Positions 39,901-52,479 of a stretch of DNA of 64,000 nt are shown piece after piece; the stretch's first letter is position 1, and each line of letters opens with the position of its first letter. This DNA is from Paraspadella gotoi (taxonomy: Eukaryota; Animalia; Chaetognatha). The position numbers were made by a program, and so were the translations under genes. Under the pieces are notes generated by a model. It did no database searches. It was not told the DNA's origin and saw nothing but the letters and a program-made list of their open reading frames with translations. The DNA lies in assembly GCA_051294375.1 (NCBI GenBank), contig CM119266.1, positions 26,989,690-27,053,689 on the forward strand, given 5' to 3'.

Positions 39901-42900
39901 NNNNNNNNNNNNNNNNNNNNNNNNNNNNNNNNNNNNNNNNNNNNNNNNNNNNNNNNNNNNNNNNNNNNNNNNNNNNNNNNNNNNNNNNNNNNNNNNNNNN
40001 NNNNNNNNNNNNNNNNNNNNNNNNNNNNNNNNNNNNNNNNNNNNNNNNNNNNNNNNNNNNNNNNNNNNNNNNNNNNNNNNNNNNNNNNNNNNNNNNNNNN
40101 NNNNNNNNNNNNNNNNNNNNNNNNNNNNNNNNNNNNNNNNNNNNNNNNNNNNNNNNNNNNNNNNNNNNNNNNNNNNNNNNNNNNNNNNNNNNNNNNNNNN
40201 NNNNNNNNNNNNNNNNNCTGTTCAGGGAAAGATAACAGTTCGAACCGGAAAAAAAATAGTTTTGAAAATGAAGAAGAGAACCTACGTAGAAAAAATGGAT
40301 TTCTCTCCAATTTTACGGTCGTAAATGTAGGAAAAGGATAAGGCTCTCATTGGTTAAGAGAGAGTCTGTTCAGGGAAAGATAAAGTTCGAACCGGAAAAA
40401 AATAGTTTTGAAAATGAAGAAAGGAACCTACGTAGAAAAATGGATTTTCTCTCCAAAATATTTACGGTCGTAATATATTGATAAAATTACATTTCCGAAC
40501 TGAAAATCGGACGTTAAACTCTCGGCGTCGTGAAATTTCGAAAAGAAAAATTCCATTTTCGGAAAATCTGAATCGCTAAATCCGAAATTTCGCAAAAACA
40601 GAAAATAAGAATCGAATTTAAAAAAAAAAACGGAGCAAAACTCGAGATTTTTTTAAATATATTTTTTTAGATTTCCATTCGGATTCCATCAGATTCCATT
40701 CGAAGATAAAAAAAACCACAGACATACTAAAGACTCACTTGAACAGTTATGAAGTAACTGAATTCTCTGTGATGAAATCCATATTTGTACTGAATTCGAA
40801 ATTCGTTGAGATGTTGGGCGTTGACTTTGAATTCAGTTCCTTTGGAAATTCCCTGAAAAAAAAAAGAAATAAAGAAAGACTTTTATTTTATCTTTCTTTA
40901 AAGAATTATTTGAATTCTTTTTTTCTCCTAATTTCATCAAATACTCAATTTTCTCACTCGTGACTTTCCGTCGATTCAACCAATCAAATTCGATTAAATT
41001 TTATTTCTTTTTATTTCGTTTATTTTATTTATTGACTTTTTTTATGTTCTCAAACACGAGTTTTGATTGGAGCCGACAAGAAATTATGTCTTTTTTTTTT
41101 CTGCTAACGCTGATTAAACCTTAAGTAAGTTAAATTTGATTTTTGGTTTTTCGGTTCGGGTTAACAACCACGCTTGCACTCAATACGTGGTTTTTAAAAC
41201 TCGGTTGATATTCGTTCCTTAAATTTTCATTATTCAATATGGCGAAAGAATTGGATGAAGAGTTCATAAATATCTGAACGGTGTTGTACCCTAATTCGCT
41301 ACGAAACGATTTATCTACTCTCGTCGCGTTTTCCTCATGAAAGCCGAAAAAATTTGAACCTTGTACCAATTGCACCATAGTTTCGCACCATGGGTTTCGC
41401 ACCCTCGTCATGGGTTCACAATTTTTGCAGCAATTTCGACGACGACGACGACGACGACGACGAGAGACATAAATCGCGGAACAACTGAGGACGAGCTGCC
41501 AAGATCTACTCAACGAGTAATATTTACGTCCTAGCGCCGAACTGAGGCCTCGTTTATAACGAGCATCTGCTTTGCGTGAGTGTTAATCATGTAAGACCGA
41601 ATGAATATATGAAATGAGTGGGTGGAAACGATAGAATATTTAACTACGTGTAAGTAATGAATTGATGCCGTTCACTATTCCTCTCCAACTTATGCATTTT
41701 AGATTTTTATATCTTTTTTAAATCTCTTCGTCAGAGTGATTGCAGAGTGATAATTACGAAAACTTCGAACGTATTATAAAGTAACACTAAATAAAGAAAA
41801 ATAATTATTCACCGCGCGTACGGTTACCTGTATTTATTATTATTATTTTAAACATATGTACATATAACTTATCTTAATAAACTAGCTAACACTTTCGTAG
41901 CCAACAAACAAACGGAGAGAGAGAATGAAAATAAAAGGCTAACGGTTATTACCTTGTGCGCGAGTCTAAACAGCGGGGTCCCAGACTTCGCGAAGAGACG
42001 GCGGGAACTTCGCTGTTGTACGGACCCAGACCTAAATTTACAAAAAGGGGGGGGGGGGAGAAAAATAAATCAATTTACGTCCTAATAATTCGTACGACCG
42101 ACGTGCGATCAAAAAGCAATAAAAATATAATACGATCGAGTCACGGACCGGCTTTGAATTTATGCGATCAGCGCCCAATAAATTATGCGATCGAATGTTG
42201 TTAGAAAATATATGCGATCAACGTCCGAATGAAATATGCGATCGAGTCTTGTCGACAACCTTTCCGCCATCAATTTTCATAGTATTATTAATATAAATCT
42301 CAGAGTTGAAATTGAATAAAACAAATCGATTTAATTATTTAAATAGAACTCTGGGATTGAATAAACGAGACTTAACTTAACTTAACTTAACTTAACTGTG
42401 AGAGAGTCTTGATTGAAAACTTGCAGGACCTGCTATGTCATTATCTTTTAAGAGCGATGGAGGGCTTAAACCACCAAAGCCTGTCCAAAGTCAGGGCAAA
42501 GATAGCTTATTTATTAAATAATGGATAATTTTTATATTGGTAGTACCAATTTTATAATATAAAAAAGTATGTTTATATGCCAGCTAATCCCAATCTAGAG
42601 ATTAAGATATTATGCTTTTTATGGNNNNNNNNNNNNNNNNNNNNNNNNNTATTTATTATTATTTATTTTAAACATATGTACATATAACTTATCTTAATAA
42701 ACTAAGCTAACACTTTCGTAGCCAACAAACAAACGGAGAAGAGAGAATGAAAATAAAAGGCTAACGGTTATTACCTTGTGCGCGAGTCTAAACAGCGGGG
42801 TCCCCAGACTTCGCGAAGAGACGGCGGGAACTTCGCTGTTGTACGGACCCAGACCTAAATTTAACAAAAATGGGGGGGGGGAGAAAAAATAAATCAATTT

Positions 42901-45900
42901 ACGTCCTAATAATTCGTACGACCGACGTGCGATCAAAAAGCAATAAAAATATAATACGATCGAGTCACGGACCGGCTTTTGAATTTATGCGATCAGCGCC
43001 CAATAAATTATGCGATCGAATGTTGTTAGAAAATATATGCGATCAACGTCCGAATGAAATATGCGATCGAGTCTTGTCGACAACTTTCCGCCATCAATTT
43101 TCAATAGTATTATTAATATAAATCCAGAGTTGAAATTGAATAAAACAAATCGATTTAATTATTTAAATAGAACTCTGGGATTGAATAAACGAGACTTAAC
43201 TTAACTTAACTTAACTGTGAGAGAGTCTTGATTGAAAACTTGCAGAGACCTGCTATGTCATTATCTTTTAAGAGCGATGGAGGGCTTAAACCACCAAAGC
43301 CTGTCCAAAGTCAGGGGCAAGATAGCTTATTTATTAAATAAATGGATAATTTTTATATTGGTAGTACCAATTTTATAATATAAAAAGTATGTTTATATGC
43401 CAGCTAATCCCAATCTAGAGATTAAGATATTATGCTTTTATTGGTAAGGTAAAACGCAAAAGGAAGGAAGACCTACAAGGTCGAAAACTTTATGGGGACG
43501 AATATTAGAAAACATTTATTTATTATCGGAAACCTTGTGAAGTAAGCAACAGCGTTTTATACGGCTTCTTTTGGCTCGCGACCTGTGCCGCTCCCAAACG
43601 GCGAAAAGAAGAAGCAGAATCTCGCTTCGAGCCCAAATAACAACATCAACAAAAAGGCAACCTTTACTCTGGATCTCTTCGGTTTCACCTTCAACCGACG
43701 GAAGATATTTCATCTCGCGATGAGGGATAGAGGTGGGAGGGAGAGAGAGAGGGAGAGAGAGAGAGAGGATCAAAAGATTAAAGAGTCAAACTAAGAGGGA
43801 GAGAAGGAAAAGGGAGTGAGAAAGAGACGGGCTAGGATACGAAAGAAGATAGAGTGAGAGCGAGATTGAGTTAAAGGGAGAGCGAGACGAAATTTTTTTT
43901 CTTGTAAAAAAAAAAGTGTCGATATCAGATCTCACGGCTTATAGGCTGCGGAAGAAACCGCTGCCTTCATTAAGGTTCGAGCAAAAGGGGGGCGTGGGGA
44001 GGCGGAAACTCGAGGGTAGCATTTAGAAGAGGTTGGCGGGGGTTGGGATATATTCATGGGGGGAGATGGAAAATGCGGGCGCTCGCTCGACATTGAAAGA
44101 AAAGGTTGAGATTGGGGGGGGGGGGAATTCTGATTTGAAAGGCGTGCGAAGGGGGGGCGGCAGGATTAAGTAGAAATAGATTAGGGGGAAAAAATCCAGA
44201 GAAAAGGGATAAAATAGAAACGAGAAAGACGAGAGAGAGCGAACAGCGAGAGCGAATGCGGGTAAACCAAACCGAGAAAATAATATTAAATCAAATTCGT
44301 AGTAAACTCCGAGAAATATAAACAAACTGATCGAGGGAGAATCGAAAACGCATAATCGGCAGAAATGGGCGCGGAGTCTCCATTCGAGAGAGATAAAGTT
44401 GCGCTGTCAAAGTTGTGGTCAGAAATACGAAATACAAATTTTTTTTTTCTCTTCTCTTGAGCGTTTAAAAAAAAACGACGGGTCAAGTAAATATTTCCTA
44501 AAGGGGGGAGATTGTGTAAACAGAGAGAGAGAGAAAAAGAAAAAGAAAACCAAGATAGGTCAGCGGTAAAAATCAATGCGAAATTCAAAATGTACTTCAG
44601 TGTAAACTGTAAGGACAGAGTTACGGTAAACAGTTAAGGCTCGACAGTCAACAACTTGAAGGTGAGCATATGAAATCCGAGTACCTAAGAGAGAGAGCGA
44701 GGCGTGGCTCTCGACAAAAAGAAGGGGAGCCGGAGAAAGGATTAAGAAATGCCCGGATGTTATAAAGGAAAAAGGGAGAGGCCGACGTTATAAAGGGGGG
44801 AAAGGCTGCCTCGGCTAACGTCAAGGGGCAACGGGCACTAAAATCTTTTAACGAGGCGGAGAATGGTCGTAATGGGAAGCAATGAGGGGTGGCCCGACTT
44901 TGCCCGTTCATCGGTTCCTTCGTGAAAACGGTTATCGGGTTTAAGGAGCAAAGTCGTTGACCGCGAGTCGGGTTGGAGGAGCAAAGTCACTGTTTGTTAG
45001 ATTTCAGGAGTAGAGACAATTCTGCAATCCAATGAACCGCCACAGTCATTGGCAGTTCAGTTTTATCCACATTTTCTTAATTTTAAGAAGGATTCTCCAA
45101 TCCAACGGTCACGATCGGCTTGAGCGTGAGAAGAGAGAGAAAGAAGAGAGAGCATCGAAGGGTTTAAAGAAGCCAAGCCACTGACCGGGCAATCCATCCA
45201 TCCATCCGTCCATCAACCCAACCATAACCAAACTCATTTTCCGGACAAAGGGAAAACGCCTCAGTTCTGCGTCATCGATAGACGTGAAACGGAGGGAAAA
45301 AATCCCCCAACGACCGTCGGACGCGTCCGCGCTGACAGACCGACTGACTCCGACCGGAAGCGTTGGCGCACCACTTTTTTTCGCGTTACGATCACCCCCC
45401 TCCCACACATCTTTCCACCCCCTACCGACCCTTAACTCGGCACCCTCCCTGATTCTCAGATCGTGACGAAACCAATTTACATATTCAATCAAACCCGCAA
45501 AGAATCGTTAACTGTTTACCCAACACTTTTTTTTTCGCTCCTACTTGTTTCGCGCAATAATTCCCTCTTTTTTTTTTCGTCCAGGGATCAGGTTTTTTTT
45601 TTTCTCGCTCTCGATTTTTTTTCCCTGCACCAATTAATTTTTATCACATTTCCTATTAGGCTCGCCGACAATTTTTTTTTCTCCGACCTTCTGGCCTTAG
45701 GAGAAAAAAAAAGCAGCAATCCTTCATCCACTTCTGCAAAATTATTCTGACCACTGAGGCGAAACCATCGACCAGACACGAAATAAAAAACACAATCAGT
45801 AAATCATTGTCTCAAAATAACCAACGATTTTGGCGTAAAAAAACCTGACGACGTTTGCAGAAAATAACGACCTTCGCAACCACATATGAACCCGGATCGG

Positions 45901-48604
45901 CGACACTAAACTAATAAAGATTAACAAATTACCGTTACAATCGGCAAAGCTATAGACGACGACATTAACGACAATAACGACGCAACGACGACGTCAAAGC
46001 ATTCGATGACGCAAGGGCGACGACGACGACGGGCGAAAATCTCGTTGGCAAACGCAGACAAATGAACGTCGTTTTGACGAAACTTTAGACAATTAAAATT
46101 TTTGCGTGGGTGACGATTTCTTAACAATTGACGACGACGATGACGACGACGACAGACGTCGTTTATTGCGACGACGACGAAGATCTGACGAAGACGGCGG
46201 GAATTCTTTACGACTCCAAAGGTTGTCGCCCAAAAGAAAAAAAAATGAGAGGAATGCTTAACGAGCGATCGAAAACAATCGAGCGTTGATAACTATTTTT
46301 GTAGGGTCTCTGCATGACAACGACGATGACAACGACGATGACAAGGGCGATGACAAGAATCACTGCGAGGAGAGAAACAATGACGATGACGACAGTGATA
46401 GCGATAAGACAGCAACGAATAAAACGAGGTCAAATTGTAATATGAGAAATGAAGCGATGTTGAAATAAAAAATATTAAAAAGACGACGACGACGACGACG
46501 ACGTAACCGAGACCGGATGTGATTTGAAGAAATTTTTAAAGAATAACTTGAATTTCCTCACGTCTTTCGGAAAACTAATACTCGGGAGAAATTAGAGGGG
46601 GGGGGCGGAGGGAAAGAACGTCTGGGTGGCAAGATGGAGCTTTGAATGAAAAGTGAAGAGGGGTCGGGGCAGGAAGTCGAAGATGGGGCTTGGATTGAAG
46701 GTGGGTGATATTTAATACACGTACATATATTTGATGTTCCTTGTTTAGGAAATAGAGTAAATTATGACCCAATTGAAAATGGGCTCAACATATCGATTTA
46801 CTGTTGGATTGAATCACAGCTGACATCAAGAAATTTGAAGGAAAACAAAATTGAAATGAAAAAAAAGGAAGGAAGTGAAAGCGGAAATCTGGATGAGATG
46901 AAATTGAAGCGAGGGGGAGGAGGAAGAGGAAGTTGAGGAATGGGAGGAGGAGGAGAGAAGAGGAAAAGAGGAGAAGAAGGGGAGAGAGGAAAAATTAAAT
47001 GGGGAGAGATGACTTAAAGCTAAAGGGGATGATACTAGTCGATGCTGAAAATGAGCCACCGTGAGATACGATATGCCCCAAAGGGGGATAAGAGGTACTC
47101 CGAACCGTCCCAACTCCGCCAACGAGCGCTTCGACCCGATCCATGTAAGCAGTCGGCGTTTCATCGGTCGATGAACAGAGTTTGATGGATTTGGGGTTGA
47201 GGGGACGGACGGATGGGCGAAGGGTTAGGGATTCGACGGCTGATTGGTCGATTCCTCTTTCATGAACCCCGTTTGTGATCGTCGTCGTTGTTATGATCTT
47301 TGAGAGATCGCGGGGATTTTTCGCAATATGGTGTGGTTTGAAGGATCGGGAAGCGAAGGAGGGAGAGGAGGGAGAGGAGGGGGTGGAGGGGGTTTAGAGA
47401 AAGTCCCGAGAGGATTAGATGTACATCAAAGGGAAGGAAAGAGAAAAGGGGGGCGGGGTAGGCGGGTTAAGGACGATGAGAGAAGGGAAAGGAAAATAGG
47501 GAGGGGTTTAAGGGCAAGAAGGGAAGAGAAAAGACCGTACGAGAGAGAAGGGAATAGAAAAGAGAAGGGCGTACTAGAGAGGAGAAGAAAATGAGGAAGG
47601 AAAATAAAACAAGAAAGAAACAAAAAAAGCAGACAGCTATAAAAATGAAACGGGGGGGGGAAGGAAACATGGAAAAGGAAAAAGGCAAAAGGAAGTAAAA
47701 CAAGGGGAAAAAAGGTAACGGGGTGAAAAGGGGAGAGCGAGAGGCAGAACAACTGAAGGGAACGGCTCAACTTCAAAGGAGAAAGAGATTCTTATAACAA
47801 ATAAAATTTCTTCGTCAAAATCGTAAAAATCCACGCGAAAAAGGGAGGAGGAAGAGGAAGAAGAGTACAACAACAACGCAAACTTGAAAGCAAGGACACC
47901 GACAAAGATGACGAATTTGACAAAGAACATGACAAAAACAAATGAACATTTAGGATAATTAAACTTAGATGGTCACATCAAATTTAATATCTCTCTCATT
48001 ATCTCTCTCTCTCTCTCTCTCTCTCTCATTCTCTCTCCTCTAACCGGAAAGAATATTTCGAAAACTCTCTTTAATTTTGCTTTATAGCTGATTTATAGCT
48101 ACTTTGCCGCTGCTTTATTTCTTCCCTGGGAGGAAGTTTTGGCTAAAAGTAGCAAATTGCGTGGGATGGAAGGTAGAGGTTGCCCGATTGCCGCGCGAGG
48201 GCGGGAAACGGGCAGAGGTAGAGAGAGGTTGAGTGAGGAAGAGAGGAGGCGGGTTGCAGAGAAGTTACCCGAGCTATGGAGAGAGGTTGCCAGAACGTAT
48301 ATAAGTCGCCAGAGTGGAGACGTAGGCCTCGGAGAAAAGTTGCCCGAGCAGAGGTTTTCGTCGATCCAAGATCAAAAGATCGTTAAATTGTTAAATAAAT
48401 TTTGTTTTCGTCGCAACGAAAACATTAATCGAATAAAGAAACAATTAATACAATTTATTTCTGTCGCTTGACGAATTCCCCTTTTCATCGCCGCCATTTT
48501 CCGAAAGACTTTTTTTCTTGCATAACAAGAGCCGAGGGGCCGTAAAAAAAGGCCGTCTTGAGATCCGCTAATGTCGCTCAAACACGCCCTACCCAGACCC
48601 TTAA

Positions 48605-48654
<50 letters not shown>

Positions 48655-50558
48655 ACCCCAACCCTCCCGATCTTTACGCTTGTCCAAAAGGACGACCTTT
48701 GCCCTTCACGATGTCCTTTCCCAACTCGGCGTTTGCCCTTTCCAATCATCGCCATTTTCACTATCTTTTCACTATCTTTCACTATTTTTTCACTATATTT
48801 CACTTTTTGGCACTTTCACTTGCTTTTATTTACTTTTGCCTGATTACACTTGCTTTCACTCGCTTTTATTTTCTTTAATTTAAAATTTTTTCAGTGTTTT
48901 CAATTATATTTTATCACATACATTTTAGAGATCGCCAATTCATTAGTTATTCCATCTACTTTCTCATAGACCAAATTCATCTCGTTTTTCAACTAACTCC
49001 CTTTAAAAAAAAGCAAAACAGTAAATTACGCCTTTCCATCTCTGATGCCAGAAAAGCGGACAAATATGATTTGTCGTCTCTTAAACCAAAACCGATTTCC
49101 CTCTTGCGCCACTTCTCGTCTAGCCCCGCCCCACCCGCCGAATTTTTTCCCCGCCTCCCGCCGTTCCGCCAGATGCCCGCATATTCTGAGCTACTGACCC
49201 CCTCCGAGACCTTTCCACTTCTGTGGCGAAATCTAGCGACGAAAACCGAGGATGACATCGACGGCGAAAAAGAGTAAGGATGACATGGACAAACTAGGAA
49301 AATCGACTGAGAAGAAAAATACGACGAAGACGAAGGCGATTCGGACAATGATTACTGATCGCATGTGTCAAATTATCAAAGGATATTTAAACATTTCAGC
49401 GAGTTTTGAAGTCCTCTATACAGGATTAAGTTTGGAGTCTTTGAACTTATAATAAATATTGCAACCATTTAAAAATTCAATAGAAATGACTGGATTACCT
49501 TATGAAGATGGCGAGTCTGTAAGCCAGTAAACTTGACAAACTCGCGCCATGCCCCTCACGAAATCACAAATCTCACCGGTGTAAGTGACTCCGACCATGA
49601 GGACCCGCTGCCCGTTGGGTCCCGGCGAAACGAAAGCGAAGGTGGAAGAAGTTTCGTCGTTGCCGACGAGCGTCTCGTTGCGAACAATGAGGATGCGATC
49701 GCTGATGTTGGAGAGACGTCGTAGTTCGCACAATCCCTGCGGATGGAAAAGGGGAGATGCGATCAATGAAGTGGCGTTTGTTGTTTGCAAATTCGGGAGG
49801 AGTCATTTTATATACAAAGGTAAGTTTATATAGACTTCAGTGATAGGGAAGTCAGGTACAATGGGATCTAATACGTTAAATAGACTGACAGAGTCTTGAT
49901 TGAATGATTTCGGGTTACAGCGATATTATTTATTTATATTTTTTTACAGAATTTATCACTATAGTAAAAATTAGTCCCCAATATGCTAGTAATTTTTTTC
50001 TATCTTTGTTTTTTGAAAAATCGATCAATAAGTGCTTGCAACTCATCAAAATTAAAAAAAAAAAGACTTTTTTTTCATTAAAAAAGATCGATATCTTATA
50101 AAAGATCAGTCAGAATAAAATTTAACCAGCGACAATCTAGTAAGAGGAATGTAGGCCTTAAACCCCCATACCCTGTCCAAAGTCATGTGCAAGATTGCTT
50201 AATACTTATTATTTATATTGATTGGACCGATTTCATAGAACGCGGAAACAATATTGACGTCGCTAAGACTCAACCTTAACATGAAGTAACTACTACATTT
50301 TCGGATATAAATCAAAATTCACATTTTCTATCTCAACGTTTTGATGACATGCTAATACTTTCAGTCCCGCTTGGTAAAAAAAAAATGGCACGCGAAAAAC
50401 TGTCCTCGTGAAAATGCTTCCTGAACAGTGAACACCGAACAATGCAAAATAACACTGCACACCTGAGCAAAGAGGAAAGGAAAAAAAGGAAAAAAACAAT
50501 TCGCTTCTTTGGAGCGAATGGCTGAGTTTCGACAGTGCGAGGTCTTTCCTATTCAGAA

Positions 50559-50589
<31 letters not shown>

Positions 50590-50932
50590 GTTCAATCCGA
50601 CCCTCTTCCCCCCCACGGGTCTCTTCCGGTTTAGTGCGTACTGCGTACGGACGGCGACGAGCGAATTACGCGCAATGACGGCGCAGTAAAAGAGATTCGT
50701 CTGCCCCGAGGACGGAAAGGGGGCGTGTCGGATTGGGGACACTGGGGGGATGTGTACGGGGGGTGGAGGGGGAAAACAAGGTGAAGGAAGGAAAAGAAAG
50801 GAAGAAAAAGTAAAGAGAAAGGATGAAGTAAGTTGAAGGGTAAGGACGCTAGACAAGACGAAAAAAATTATGCGCAACGAAGATGCAGTAAAAATCGGAG
50901 AGAACGCCGACGCAAGAAGGAGAAATGGTAAA

Positions 50933-50989
<57 letters not shown>

Positions 50990-52424
50990 GAGAATTTACG
51001 GTTTGGCAACGGGAGCAACCGTTCAGAGGAATGGAGAGAGAGAGAGAGACAGAGAGAGAGACGAACTGAAGTACCGGCATGGGCGTGGCGTGGGCGGAGA
51101 ATAGGAAACAGCAGGTGGAAAATGACAAGGGTCTAAATTTAATGTAGCGTCGGGAGAAAAAGAGAAACGTCGGACGATTTGTTCGGCTGAATTATGAGGA
51201 AATGGGGCGAGACCTCAGTCGGCCAAACGGATTTTTTTAGTTGCGCCGCGCTTACTCGCGGAGCAACTCTATAAGTCACTTTTTGGTCGGTCGGTCGGTC
51301 CGTCGGTCTGTCACATTTACGATTTACCTATAGTTTTTGCTCATTTCTTAAGATAGGAAAAAACCTCAAATTTAAGGGACTGCTAGCGCCGCCTTCAGAG
51401 CATGTCAAATACACGGGCAAAAAAAGTTTTTTAATCATGTCATATTATTTGATAAAGGAAATACTGCGTCACGCAACACATTGGAATTACCGTTCTTGTT
51501 TTTTTAATTTGAGAAAATCTTGAAAGAAAGAAGGAAAAAAGGGTGGAGCCTTTCGATTCGCTCATGATGAAAACCGGATGAAGGAATAAGAAAGTCATTG
51601 TTTGAAAAAGTTTAATTTCTTAAATTCGTTCCGTCTTCAGCGAAAGAGGAAGTTTGCTTCAATCAGTTGACAGATTTTTGTGGTCTTTTTTAACGAAATT
51701 TCGTGTCTTTAATTGGTAGATTTGTTTTCAAAGATGTCAGTTGTTTTTTCCCCTCGTCAACTACTGTTCAATGTGTTCAAATCATAGAAAAAAAATAGAA
51801 AGATTGCAAACTAAGCCGCAGTCTGCTCACGCGACGCTGATGCGCCTTCTTTCCACGCAATTGTTTATCCCCCTCGCCGAAACGCCGCTTCCCACCAACC
51901 AGTCTCTCTGGCCAGTAGCCACTGTCCTGTCCGCTCACATCCAAGGCCCCACCACCATCCTCCCCCCTCAAGGACCGTTAACGTCACCAAGTTTGCGACG
52001 AGAGGAGGAACAACTTTTTTTTCTTATTTTCATATTTGACTTTTAAGATTTTCTCTCCTCAGGACGAAGAGAATATTAGGAGCGTTAACCATCCACGCGC
52101 ACATCTCAAATTCTTTCGAGACGAAAATGTATTAAATTATATTATGCCTCTATATTTCTCTCCCTTCTTTCGTTCGTTTGCTTACTCTCTATCTCTTTAT
52201 AACCTAAAACTCTTTCAATCTTCTTTCCTACCATCTACTATACTTCCCTCGACTTTCTCTCTCTCTCCCCTTCTCTCTCTCTCTCTCTCCCTCTCTTTCT
52301 TTCTTTCTATCTCGCAAGGAAAATATCGGATTCTCTCTTCGTTGAAAAATACACACAAAAGCCCAAAATTATTATATTTTTTTTATCCGAACAAAACTGA
52401 ATCGATAACGGAAAGGCTTTCTTT

Positions 52425-52479
<55 letters not shown>

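Larger units (their letters stand above)
41831..43444. repeat. Tandem ~795 bp duplication separated by a 25-N gap
   Basis: 41831-42624 is nearly identical to 42650-43444; the differences seen are mostly 1-nt indels. Confidence 0.95.

Noticed and set aside
39606-40310. 209 and 225 aa ORFs
   Set aside because: Almost entirely N-gap.
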